From an uncultured delta proteobacterium (GTDB lineage: Bacteria; Desulfobacterota; Binatia; Bin18), in NCBI GenBank assembly GCA_963733195.1, contig CAVTCR010000001.1:1-64000 (forward strand): 64,000 nt of DNA. The letters are read 5' to 3'. The translations under genes and the position numbers were made by a program. Positions within the stretch are counted from its first letter, which is position 1; each line of letters begins with the position of its first letter. Below the pieces are notes generated by a model. The model was not told the origin of the DNA and did no database searches. It saw only the letters and a list, made by a program, of their open reading frames with translations. This document shows, in pieces, positions 33,573 to 43,161 of the stretch.

Positions 33573-34056
33573 ATCGATGGAAGAGGGCCACCTCGGAAAC
33601 GCCGCGGACCGGCCCAAGTACACGGTGCTCGATCTCCCCGCGCCACGACAGGGGAGGTAGCTCCGGCAGCTCCTGGCCGCGGGGTAACCCAGGGACCCGC
33701 TCGTAGAGCCCTGGCACCACCCGAAGAGTCGCCTGTGGATACCGCGCGAGAAACCCAGGCACGTTCAGGTAGTGAAAGCTGTTGGGAACAAGAACTTCCT
33801 CGACGGCTCCGAGAGCCTCCACGCCTTCGAGTCCCCCTGCCTCGACCGGCGGCGGCGATACAACCAGGAGCGTGTCGGAGCGTAAACGAATCACGGTTGT
33901 GCGAGTTGGAAGACCGGGCCCGCTCGGCATGCGAAGACGACGCTCGAGCGACCAGAGATCCGCAGCGATCTGCGTGGGAGGCGGCGCGAAGCTGCTCACC
34001 AGCCGGGGCCTCACAAGCTGGATCAATCGATCCACGATCGATCGCCTCGCCTTCAT
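33573..34056 (-). pseudogene. DUF4336-like (metallo-beta-lactamase-like) cassette gene, 3'-truncated
   Basis: TRTTVIRL..LLVVSP..LVPNSFHYL..SEVALFHR, then joins the thioredoxin fragment; starts just after a degenerate attC. Confidence 0.65.
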
Positions 34057-34077
34057 GATGATCTCCCTTCCTAAGCG

Positions 34078-34128
34078 GCCTCACGCTCGCGGTGAGCGGC
34101 GCGCCTGCTCTCGAACGCGCTGTTAGAC
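34078..34128 (-). mobile_element. attC site (short, degenerate R')
   Basis: Minus strand GTCTAAC AGCGCGTTCGAG ... GCTCACCGCGAGC GTGAGGC; the gene stop TAA lies in R''; R' is GTG instead of GTT. Confidence 0.6.
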
Positions 34129-34593
34129 CGCCGATGACTCGCGGCCAAAGTAATACTGCCGCCACTGAGCCACAACCTCCTGTTCCATTGCTCCTTCATC
34201 ATAAGCTGGCGATATGAGCGGCTTCGCGGCTACCACCCCGATGACGACGATAGCCTTGATGCGGCGTGGCGCATCAGCAAGCTTGCGCTGGGTGAAGAAC
34301 GCGACCAATTCCTCGAAGATAGCTCCCTGCTCATGTACGACCGCAAGGCCTTTGAATCGGTACCCCTTGCGCCTGAAAGGATCCACGACGTTGACTTCAA
34401 TGTTTTGATTCGCTCGGAGATTGGCTACGGTGCCGGGCGAGCGAAGGTCGGCAAAGATCAGATGCTCATCATCCAAAACGCAGAGGGTGCCCTTGGGCGA
34501 GACGTTCGGGGTACCGTCCGGGCACACCGTGGCCACGAACCCTAAGCGCACCTGATCGATGACCTGCTTCATGTGCTGATTTAACACTCGCAT
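34123..34593 (-). CDS. Pyridoxamine 5'-phosphate oxidase-like FMN-binding protein (cassette)
   Basis: LGFVATVCPDGTPNVSPKG..TVANLRAN..RKGYRFKG; bounded by attC sites. Confidence 0.85.
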   Translation of the reverse strand: MRVLNQHMKQVIDQVRLGFVATVCPDGTPNVSPKGTLCVLDDEHLIFADLRSPGTVANLRANQNIEVNVVDPFRRKGYRFKGLAVVHEQGAIFEELVAFFTQRKLADAPRRIKAIVVIGVVAAKPLISPAYDEGAMEQEVVAQWRQYYFGRESSAV

Positions 34594-34618
34594 TCTTGCG
34601 TCTCCGTTATTCACCGCT

Positions 34619-34721
34619 GCCTAACGTTGCCCGCTCAGGGGGCGCGGCCTCTAACCGCGGCTGGTCATGTTTATTCAGAACCGCAAGAGGGGCCGCGTCG
34701 CCTGGAGCAGGGGTGTTAGGT
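34619..34721 (-). mobile_element. attC site
   Basis: Minus strand ACCTAAC ACCCCTGCTCCAGGCGACGCGGCCCC ... GAGGCCGCGCCCCCTGAGCGGGCAAC GTTAGGC: imperfect hairpin with RYYTAAC/GTTRRRY ends. Confidence 0.8.
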
Positions 34722-34827
34722 GGCGCTGTTGGCTTCTCCTCTCCTGGCTCAGCTCACTCACCGCCCTGTGCTTTATGGTGCCAAGTCGAGCCCTCTAGTT
34801 GCCAGCTCCTAGTCGTCTTCCTTTTCA

Positions 34828-35355
34828 TCACTTCGGGACCACCTTGATTGCGGCACGCTTCCAGGGATGGAGGCAGCACTCAAAGAGGTGAGTGCCGACA
34901 CCGAGTCCGGTTATCTGCAGTTTGCCACCCGCAGGGATAAAAACTAAGGCAGGGTCCGGATCCTCATCAGTATCACCCACACACTCTGGAGCTACTGGTG
35001 ATCCGGTCAGGTTGAGCACAGGAATGAAGCCCCCGCCGAAGGCCGCGACTTCGGTCAGGGTATGGGTTTCGCCGCCCTCGTTGGTCACTTTCACCTTCTC
35101 CCCGGGCTTGATCCTGATATACGAGGGCTGATTACTTCAACCCGGGTGTCCCTCGGGCAGTATAGCGTCCGATAAAAACTCCACGAACGTGACGTCCCCG
35201 CCTACATCCGCACAGGTGCCGGGGCCAACGGCGGCGTTGAAGGTGTCGGGATCACACGCGTCCAGGATCCTCACCTTCTCGTCCGCTACCGCCACGGCCG
35301 TCACCATCGCCAATGCTCCAACCATCAGTGCCAAGACAAGACCTATTCTACGCAT
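34828..35355 (-). CDS. Secreted cupredoxin-like protein (frameshift near 35137)
   Basis: Signal peptide; N.GGETHT and FECCLHPW copper-site pattern. Confidence 0.65.
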
Positions 35356-35745
35356 CTTGTATCTCCTTTCCATTGGGGAGTTGAAAATAGGGAGAGGTTA
35401 TCAATGTTCATACACCTTGGGTAGAAAGTGCTAAACTTCAGGACTCCTCTGTCTCCTCCTTTTTCGTGGCAACGGCAGGAACTCCAGCTCCCACCACGTT
35501 ATTAAACACCGCCTTCAGCTTGTTGAGAGGCCCTCTGGATTTCCTCCTTTCTGAGCGGCGTGTGGTCGCCGTCCGGTTAGCGCGTGGAGTCGGTTGGCCG
35601 ACGACGCGCGTATCAACAGACGTAACAGATGACGGAACAACTTGTTCATTCCTCCTGAACAGTAACAGGAAGAGAAGAAAAATGACCGCCTCCGCATGTG
35701 ATCCGGTGGAGACTACCGAGCCAACGGTTCTTTCTTCTCCCTGAA

Positions 35746-36691
35746 GAGTCCGTCCGAGAAGTTTAAGAGGGATTACAGAGTTTTCGCATCATCAGGCGAA
35801 TAGAGGCGAGCTGCACGAACGCCGTGGCAGTAGCGGGTGCGATTCTCGAAGTCCTTGGCCAAGCGCCGACAGCGATTGAGCCAGGCGATCGTCCGCTCCA
35901 CAATCCAGCGTTTGGGTAAGACCGACAAAGCCTGTGGCGCTGATCACTCCGTGTGACGATTTCCGGCTTGAGCTGCGGGCGAACTTTGGCCAAGGCCTTG
36001 GCGAAACAGCGGTCCTTGATAGGCCCCATCCGCAAACAGCTTGGCCAAGAAGCGGAAACCGGGCGCGCGAGCGCGGTGAGCAGCAAAATCCCTCCGTCGC
36101 GATCTTGCACGTTGGCCGGATGCACGATCGCATGCAGACAGGAGCCCCAGGGTATCCACTAACACGTGGCGCTTTTTCCCTTTGACCTGTTTGCCCGCGT
36201 CAAAGCCCGACGGATCAATCCGGCCCCCCCTTTTTCGGCGCTCTTCACACTCTGACTGTCGATGATACAAGCAGTCGGACTCGCCTGTCGCTCTGCTTGC
36301 TCCCGACACCTCACATAGAGTGCGGCATGAATCTCGCCTCAACGTGCCGTCCGCCTGCCAGCGCTCAAAGTAATCGAAGATGGTACTGCGCGGCGGGAAA
36401 TCTTTGTCGGAATCGCTCGCCACTGACATCCGGTGCTCAACACATACAACAAGCCCATTGAAGACTTCACGAATATTCACCGTCCGCTTGCGTCCGCCCC
36501 GTCGGGCAGGGGGAATCAGGGGGGCAATCTCGGTCCATTCCTCTTCGGTCACATCGCTGGGATAACGCAGCTGATCGCGGTTGTAGCGCGCGCGGTTCTC
36601 CATCGTCCACATGCACGGCTCCTCCTTAGACGCTGCCTCTCCTTAAATCACAACTCCCTCCTCTTTATTCAAGAACTTCCTAGACGGACTC
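35746..36691 (-). mobile_element. IS5-family (IS1031-like) element
   Basis: Transposase MWTMENRARY..YPSDVTEEEW..GKKRHVLVDTLG..FADGAYQG; imperfect IRs GAGTCCGTCCGAGAAGTT / AACTTCCTAGACGGACTC; no clear target duplication. Confidence 0.9.
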
Positions 36692-36696
36692 TAGCC

Positions 36697-36795
36697 ACCT
36701 AACGCTCGCGGTCACCGCGAGCTGCCCAAATGCGGCCTTTCACATGTATTCCAAACCGCAATAGGGCAGCGATGCGGTGGCGCGAAAGGTTAGCC
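36697..36795 (-). mobile_element. attC site
   Basis: Minus strand GGCTAAC CTTTCGCGCCACCGCATCGCTGCCC ... GGGCAGCTCGCGGTGACCGCGAGC GTTAGGT; the vapC stop lies in R''. Confidence 0.82.
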
Positions 36796-37161
36796 GTTTT
36801 CTGCTAAAGGATTGAGTAACTTGATTTCTTCAATCCAGTGGAAGTCATCAGTGTTACGAGTCACCAACGTCCGATCATAAGCTATGGCCGTGCTCGCGAT
36901 GATAGAATCCCCAAGACTCATCTTCCGCCGCTGCCGCAGCTTGACCGCCCACGGCACCACAGTCTCGGACAAGGGGAGTCTCTCTGCGGTTCGGAAAAAT
37001 TGCTCTAAGAATTGTCGATCGTCTTCCGTCAGTTTGTGGTAGCCCAGGACTTCGATATGGCTGATGACCGACACTGCCGGCGTATGCATTTCGATGAACT
37101 GGCGTAAGGCGGCATGCTCTGGCTGTGCCGCGTAGATGATGATGTTGCTATCCAGAAGCAT
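36790..37161 (-). CDS. vapC: PIN-domain VapC toxin (cassette)
   Basis: MLLDSNIIIY, EVLG, LGDSIIASTA, LVTRNTDDF. Confidence 0.9.
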   Translation of the reverse strand: MLLDSNIIIYAAQPEHAALRQFIEMHTPAVSVISHIEVLGYHKLTEDDRQFLEQFFRTAERLPLSETVVPWAVKLRQRRKMSLGDSIIASTAIAYDRTLVTRNTDDFHWIEEIKLLNPLAENG

Positions 37162-37421
37162 TACGCCTCCCGGTCGGGCAAGGCGCGCTCAGATCGCAGC
37201 TCTCGCTGCCAGGCGACCGGATCGGTGATATCGGCAAACGTGCCTCTGCGCGCAAGCTCCGCCAGAGCCTCCGCCATCGCTCGTCCCGCTTGGGCAGAAG
37301 TTCAGGAGTCAGGTTCCTCCAAGACCGTAATGTAGACCTGCACCGCGCTGGATTTCTCGGGGGGCTGTTCGAGCCACTCTACCTGATTATCATGGAGAAT
37401 CGCCTTATACGTGCGCAACAT
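37161..37421 (-). CDS. Putative antitoxin with one in-frame TGA
   Basis: MLRTYKAILHDNQVEWL..EEPDS*TSAQ..DPVAWQRELRSERALP; TAATG overlap with vapC; absent from the ORF track. Confidence 0.7.
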
Positions 37422-37509
37422 GCTACTGCTCCTCAACACGGCGTCCCGTCATTGTGTCAGTATTGTACCGCGTAAGGGTGAGAAAGTCTGCCAGCACGGT
37501 TAACGCTAA

Positions 37510-38848
37510 GTGCTCCCATTTCAGAATTAGTTGTAGGGTTTGCAGGTCTCGCGAGTCGACTACGAGAAGATGGGATAAGCGACAAACTCGAGAACAGGAG
37601 GCAAGGGAAATATATGTCAGGCCCTGTGCCATGGTATCGGCCCTGCTTTCCCACTCCCTTTGTTGAGGAAGCGCAAGGTCTTGTCCGGCAACGGACCGTC
37701 GCGTATCAACTGCGACAACGCGCGCAGTTAGTGGTGCTCTTGCAAGCTGATCCGCTGCTCTCCAACAGTCGCGCAGCGACAGCCGTGCAGCCTCCATCCT
37801 AACGCAGTGCGGTACTGGCGGCGACGCTGGGCGTTTGGGGAGTTCGGCTTGGCCGATGCGCCGGGGCGTGGACGGCAAGAGTCCGGATAATCCCCCCTGG
37901 AGCAGGCCCTCGTCAAAGCTGTAGCGTGTGAAGCGGTGCATCACAGCGGGTCTACCACTGAGTCGGCTCTCGACGGCCGATATTGCCGGGAAAGCCCGGC
38001 AAGCGTTAGGCAAAGCGATCAGTCCGAGCACGGTGTGGCGGATTTTAGCCGCCGATGCAATCAAACCCTGGCGGTACAAGTATTGGATCTTTCCCCGTGA
38101 TCCCCACTTTGCCGAGAAGGCGGGCCGGGTGTTGGATTTGTATGCGGGCTCCTGGCAAGGTCACGCCCTTGGCCCCAAGGACTACATCATCAGCGCCGAT
38201 GAAAAGACCAGTATCCAAGCGCGGCAGCGCTGCCATCCCAGTCTGCCTCCCGCGCCCTGGGCGTGTCAGCCGGGTCGAGCACGAGTACGAGCGCGGCGGC
38301 GCCTTGCAATACCTGGCCGCCTGGGATGTCCGCCGCGGGCTCGTCATGGGGCGGTGTGAACCGGCGACGGGCATTGAACCTTTCGGGCGCTTGGTCACGC
38401 AAGTGATGGAGCAAAAGCCTTACCAGTCGCGCCAGCGCGGGTCTTTTGGATGGTGGATAACGGGTCTTCCACCGGGGCGAGGCGGCCGTGCGCCGCTTGG
38501 CTCAGGCGTATGCCAATCTGATTGTCGTGCACACGCCGGTCCACGCCAGTTGGCTCAACCAAGTCGAAATTTACTTCTCGATCGGGCAACGCAAAGTCCT
38601 CACCCCCAACGACTTCGCCAGCTTGACAGAAGTCGAACAACGCTTGCCTCTCTATGAGCCCCTCTCGAACAGCCAGCCCCAGCCTTTTGCATGGAAGTTT
38701 ACCTGCGCCAAGTTAGAAGCACTGCTTGATCGCCTCCACACTCATGAGGCACTGACAAACACTTCCGCTGCCCCTCAATCGCCGCTGGACAGCAAGCCTC
38801 GCCAACTCCTAGCCGCCTAACCCTACAAACATTTCTGAAATGGAGCAC
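37510..38848 (+). mobile_element. IS630-family element inserted in an attC
   Basis: IRs GTGCTCCCATTTCAGAATTAGTTGTAGGGTT / AACCCTACAAACATTTCTGAAATGGAGCAC, flanked by TAA on both sides; transposase SADEKTSIQA, EYERGG, HTPVHASWLNQVEIYFS. Confidence 0.9.
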
Positions 38849-38938
38849 TAAGCCATTGAGCGGCCACGAGCAAGGCGGAACTCATCCCAGTGGTCGTGGC
38901 CGCTCCGCGCAGTGGTCCGCTCCAATGGCTGGTTGGAC
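38849..38938 (-). mobile_element. attC site, with its R' box displaced to 37498-37504 by IS630
   Basis: Minus strand GTCCAAC CAGCC ATTGGAGCGGACCAC ... GTGGCCGCTCAAT GGCT [IS] GC GTTAACC. Confidence 0.75.
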
Positions 38939-38959
38939 AAGCGACCAGCGGCGGTTGCT

Positions 38960-40156
38960 CATGGGGATTTGAACCTCCCCCTCAGGCGGCCACCGGCCAG
39001 GATCTCTACCCGCGGCGGAGCGCCCGCCTGCGGTAACACCTGAATCGACTATCAACGCCTTGCTGACAGACCGGACACTGTTCCCAGGGGTGGTTGGGGT
39101 GGGGCTGCTCTGTCGTGCGCCGCGGTGTCTTCCTGTCGTCTCCTCTCCGGCCGTTGCTCCGACCCTGCTCCAGCTTCGGCCGCTGCGCGCTGGCATACAA
39201 CCCCCACGCCCGCACCATATGGACGCCCGGCACCGGCACGTGCTCACTCCAGCGCCGGAGAAACTCCTCGACCGCTCACCGTCAGGTCGGCTTGCTGCGG
39301 CTGGCCCTGCTCATTGAGGTCCCGATGGTTCCCATAGCGAAAGGTCACCTGCTGCCCGTCGAAGCTGACCAAGCGGTGATCCTTGATCGGTCCGCCCCGG
39401 ACGTAGCGCGCGAGATATTTGATCACGCCCCGGCCCTGCGGGTAGCGTTCGGCGATGCGGATATTCCATTTCTGGCGGGCGGCATGGACCAATATCCGCC
39501 GCATGCCGTCGTCCTCGAGGCTGGGCGGTAACTGGAGGTGGCCTCTAGTCCATAACGCCTCGATCGCTCCCAGCACTTGGCCTCGGAATAACGCCCGCAC
39601 CACCGCCACCGGCAGCAGAAACCCCGTGCGCACCGCCAGCCACTGACCCTCGGCATCTAACCCGCCGCCACTCACTAAGCAGTGCACGTGCGGATGGAGC
39701 GTGAGCGTGCGGCCCCACGTGTGCAGCGCCGCCAAGATCCTGGGCGTGGCCCCTAGCCAGTGCGGATCGGCTAATAACGTCAATAAGGTTTCGCGCACAC
39801 TCCGGAACAACACCTCCGTCAGAGCGTGGCGATTCCAGCGCTACAGCGCATGCAATTCACTGGGCAAGGTGAAGATCACATGAAAGTGGTCAGTCGGCAG
39901 AAGCTGCTGCTGCCAGCCGTCGAGCCACTGGCTGATCCGGTGGGTACAGCAGCGCGGACACGCACGATGGCGGCACGAGTTATACCAGATCTCCGTGACG
40001 TGCCTCTGCGGGCAGTGGCGCACGTGCCCGCCCAACACCGCCGTGCGACAGGCCATCACGGCGCGTGCGGCCCGCCACACCCGGCGGGGCACCTTGTGCG
40101 TTTCAGCATACGCCGCAAAGCGCGTCTGGAGGATGTGCCGGTAACGTCACGGCCAT
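38960..40156 (-). CDS. IS91-family (Y2 HUH) transposase with zinc-binding domain (frameshifts; 3' end approximate)
   Basis: CRTAVLGGH..YNSCRHRACPRC, FHVIFTLP, LHTWGRTLTLHPHVHCLVSGGG, YLARYVRGGP, VRAWGL. Confidence 0.88.
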
Positions 40157-40210
40157 GATATTGTAACCTACAGTGACTTCACGTTCTGTTTGTGGACGCC
40201 TCGTCGCTAT

Positions 40211-40260
40211 GTCCAACTTTAATTGAACGACACTGGTTGTTCCTATTAACAGAAACATCT
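40211..40260 (-). mobile_element. Candidate attI site
   Basis: AT-rich stretch ending in GTTGGAC on the minus strand, the exact reverse complement of R'' GTCCAAC at 38932-38938; no attC hairpin upstream. Confidence 0.5.
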
Positions 40261-40330
40261 TCCTACGAATAGCCAGAACGGTCTACCGATAGCCACCTCT
40301 CTACGGCTATAGGTAGGAACATTCTCCTGG

Positions 40331-40630
40331 CTACATATAGGAACCTGCTGTGTTCACAATCCGCGCGGCCAGACCCAAAGAGACGACGCGATCATGCCGT
40401 AGGGACCATACCTGGTGCTGGGGAGGCCACGTCCCGCCTGCCGCTTTCACGCGGTGCCGCTCGGTTGCGGCGGAGCTCCACGGCTCTTCTTCAACGATGA
40501 CCTCGACCGTTTTGAGCCGTTTGCGCTGCTGATCATCATAGCGGGAGCGGACACAGACCAATTGTTCCCCATCCTGGGCCAAGAGTTTCTTTGCTTCGTC
40601 TTGCTGGGGCGGGCGGGTTTTCCGAATACG
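40331..40630 (-). pseudogene. Small hypothetical gene directly downstream of intI (probably decayed)
   Basis: KKLLAQDGEQLVCVRSRYDDQQRKRLKTVEVIVEE..RVKAAGGTWPPQHQVWSL; no clean start codon. Confidence 0.5.
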
Positions 40631-40641
40631 TCTAGGGCCGC

Positions 40642-40978
40642 CTAGAGTCGGTCGGCTGGGCTGCCGACGCCACGTCCGCCGCGCTTGAGAACGTGGGGGG
40701 AGATCATGGTCGTACGGACATCCCGAGGGCCGAGTAAGTCCTGAATCGTGCGAAGGTCAGAGCCCGCTTCCAAGCGGTATGTGGTAAACGAATGCCGCAA
40801 GAGGTGTGAAGTGACAGGCTTGGGGAGCCCAATCTTCCGGGCTGCTTCCTTTAGTGCACGTTGTGGAACCGATTCATACAGGTGATGACGACGTTAAACC
40901 CCCGAGCGCGGATCAACACTGATCTACGAGGCTGGGAATACCCATTGCCAGCCCCACTCGCGATCAGCGGTTGGATTT
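40642..40978 (-). pseudogene. intI: Integron integrase, C-terminal remnant
   Basis: Own translation: PTADREWGWQWVFPAS*ISVDPRSGV*RRHHLYESVPQRALKEAARKIGLPKPVTSHLLRHSFTTYRLEAGSDLRTIQDLLGPRDVRTTMISPHVLKRGGRGVGSPADRL. It has the IntI-specific insertion, two in-frame stops, and catalytic H and Y lost. Confidence 0.9.
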
Positions 40979-41094
40979 TAATGCGGACGATCGCATCCGA
41001 GCGAGCGTGAAAAATCGCTCTTTTGTAAATGCTGTGGCGTAGGCCGTAGCGACCATCAACGACTCCTCTTCAAGCACAAGCAGGAGTCGAGCTA

Positions 41095-41322
41095 TCAGCG
41101 CGCCCCGCCGACATACCGGGCCAGCGCACCTTGCCATTGCGCTTCCAGAGCCTCGCTTTCAGCTTCTGGGAGTACCTGTACACGAGGATGGCCGTCAAGC
41201 AGAAAACCTTCAACTGGGTGGATATAACGTCTGAGCTTGTCCGAAAAAAAGACGAGCGCACCCCCGGGGATAAGATGCGTGGATGAAAAATAATAGGTCG
41301 ATTCCGTTCGATATGCTCGCAT
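41095..41322 (-). CDS. Hypothetical protein
   Basis: 75 aa ORF with AAGGAG RBS; no family recognised. Confidence 0.4.
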   Translation of the reverse strand: MRAYRTESTYYFSSTHLIPGGALVFFSDKLRRYIHPVEGFLLDGHPRVQVLPEAESEALEAQWQGALARYVGGAR

Positions 41323-41386
41323 AAAATAGACTCCTTTCTCTCTGGGATAGTATTCCTGTGTTGGGATTACCCCTTTTCATACAGCA

Positions 41387-41869
41387 TCAACGCGCACGCA
41401 CTTTGCGCTGTGCGGCAGCGGCAGTGCCGAGGCGCACTTGTGTGGTGCGGGCCTGTGCAGACTTGGGAGTACGTCGGCGCCGGGCACGTATCGCAGGTGG
41501 TATACGAGTCGGGTTCGACCGGTGGACCGCACCGTCAGCTCCGGCAAGAGGCACGTCGGCCCATGACGGAAGGTGCGCAATCAACACTGGAGCCAGTGCG
41601 GCCCCTAGCGTTAACAGTGGCGAGAATCCAGCAACAGCAGCCATGGCACTGAGCGCCCCGACTCGTTTCCAGTCGATCGACTCCTCAGTGGCAGCTCCCG
41701 TCGTCAATTGACTAAGCGTTTGCAGGACGCGCGCGTAATCCCCACTAGGAGTGCTCTTGCTATTTTCCCAACGGTTGACTGTGGCAAAACTGACGCCGAG
41801 GACCTGGGCGAACACCTCTTGTGTTAATTCCAGGTGCTCTCGCAACGCTCGAATCTCTTCCTGCCTCAT
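41387..41869 (-). CDS. XRE-family HTH protein
   Basis: IRALREHLELTQEVFAQVLGVSFATVNRWEN; C-terminal part uncertain. Confidence 0.8.
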   Translation of the reverse strand: MRQEEIRALREHLELTQEVFAQVLGVSFATVNRWENSKSTPSGDYARVLQTLSQLTTGAATEESIDWKRVGALSAMAAVAGFSPLLTLGAALAPVLIAHLPSWADVPLAGADGAVHRSNPTRIPPAIRARRRRTPKSAQARTTQVRLGTAAAAQRKVRAR

Positions 41870-41901
41870 ACGCCGCGTTCCTCTCTTTACCGCTGTACCC
41901 G

Positions 41902-42756
41902 TTACTCCGGCGCAGCACTCGGGCGACGTACTGCCGTCGCTAGGCCGAGCCGTTCAAGTCCGACAATAACCCACCAGCCGACATCGATTTGCATAGGCTT
42001 CCAGCCTAACCGAGCCGAGCCAGGCCGTGCATGATGGTTCCCATGCCAGTTTTCTCCTTGAAACCCGTGCCATAGTCCGAGCCACAGAACGTTACGGCTC
42101 GAGTCCTCATCAGGTCGCCCAGCCGGTCGCAAGTGGCAGACACTATTCACAAAGCACTGCCCGTGCAGGGCAAATACCAAGCGAATCGCCCCGAGCCAGA
42201 AGAACGCTGGCGCGCCAAAAAGCAGGCCACCGAAGTACGAGACCGCTAAGAGTGGCACTTGCAGCGTTGTCCAGATGCGGAAAGAGCGACTACGCAAGTC
42301 CGGACAATAACGCGCCGCGGTTGCCCGCTCAACTTGCCACAGCCACCGTAAATGTGCCCACCAAAAGCCCCCTACCCGTGGGCTGGAGATATCCTCGGGT
42401 GTGTCCGCTTTCGCATGATGCAGGCGATGATTGGCGGTCCACGATAGCGGCGCCCCCGAACCATTGTAGAGGGCAAAGAAAATAAGAACCTCTTGTACCA
42501 ACGGATGCAGGCGCAGCGTCCGATGCGCCAAGACACGATGATAACACACCGTCGTGCCTAACCCACCAATCCACGCCAAGGCACAGGCACTCAGGAACAC
42601 CGGCCATCCCGGGAGCGGATACAATACAAGACCCACAGCTGCCGTCACATGGATCAAAACAATCCAAATGAACGTCATTCGCTCACCAGGAGCGGTTCGC
42701 CACCATGGCCACTGCCACGGCGCTTCGGCTATGCCAACAGCAGACATCGACAGCAT
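41902..42756 (-). CDS. Delta-9-type membrane fatty acid desaturase
   Basis: Histidine boxes YHRVLAH, HRLHH, ENWHGNHH. Confidence 0.9.
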   Translation of the reverse strand: MLSMSAVGIAEAPWQWPWWRTAPGERMTFIWIVLIHVTAAVGLVLYPLPGWPVFLSACALAWIGGLGTTVCYHRVLAHRTLRLHPLVQEVLIFFALYNGSGAPLSWTANHRLHHAKADTPEDISSPRVGGFWWAHLRWLWQVERATAARYCPDLRSRSFRIWTTLQVPLLAVSYFGGLLFGAPAFFWLGAIRLVFALHGQCFVNSVCHLRPAGRPDEDSSRNVLWLGLWHGFQGENWHGNHHARPGSARLGWKPMQIDVGWWVIVGLERLGLATAVRRPSAAPE

Positions 42757-43161
42757 TCTCCTCTCTGATACACGCAGGGCACCTGAACAGCGTCCTACTA
42801 GATGATGTGGATGCACCAAGTCGGTGCATAACAAAAGCTATAATAAATAGTATAGCAGATATTATAGTAAAAAGCATGAGGTCCGAGGTCCGTCTCTCTC
42901 GCCTCATTTATAGTGAATGAGAACTTGCTTGCGTCCTCTTCTATTTCGACGACGGCTCACCAATGCTTACTGACGACGGCAAAGAAATGTGTGGGGCAAT
43001 AGACCTTGTGCTCATCTGCCCCGGTAGCGGGTTTGGCACACGTCGGCCAGTTGCAGCGTTGAGGCTTCTCATGGGCAGTCAAAAGTCGCACGGGCTGACG
43101 CGTGATGGCATTGCGACTCATAAACCGATTAGGGTTAAATGGTGGCATACACTACTCCTTG

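Noticed and set aside
33269-34165. 298-aa ORF as a real novel thioredoxin fusion
   Set aside because: Its N-terminal part is an off-frame read through attC and the DUF4336-like gene; only the last ~100 aa are thioredoxin-like.
35540-35605. Additional attC inside the third cassette
   Set aside because: GGCCAAC and GCTAAC-like boxes are present on the minus strand, but there is no convincing hairpin or R' partner.
37302-37304. Selenocysteine recoding of the antitoxin TGA
   Set aside because: Not a Cys or redox position, and no convincing SECIS was seen.
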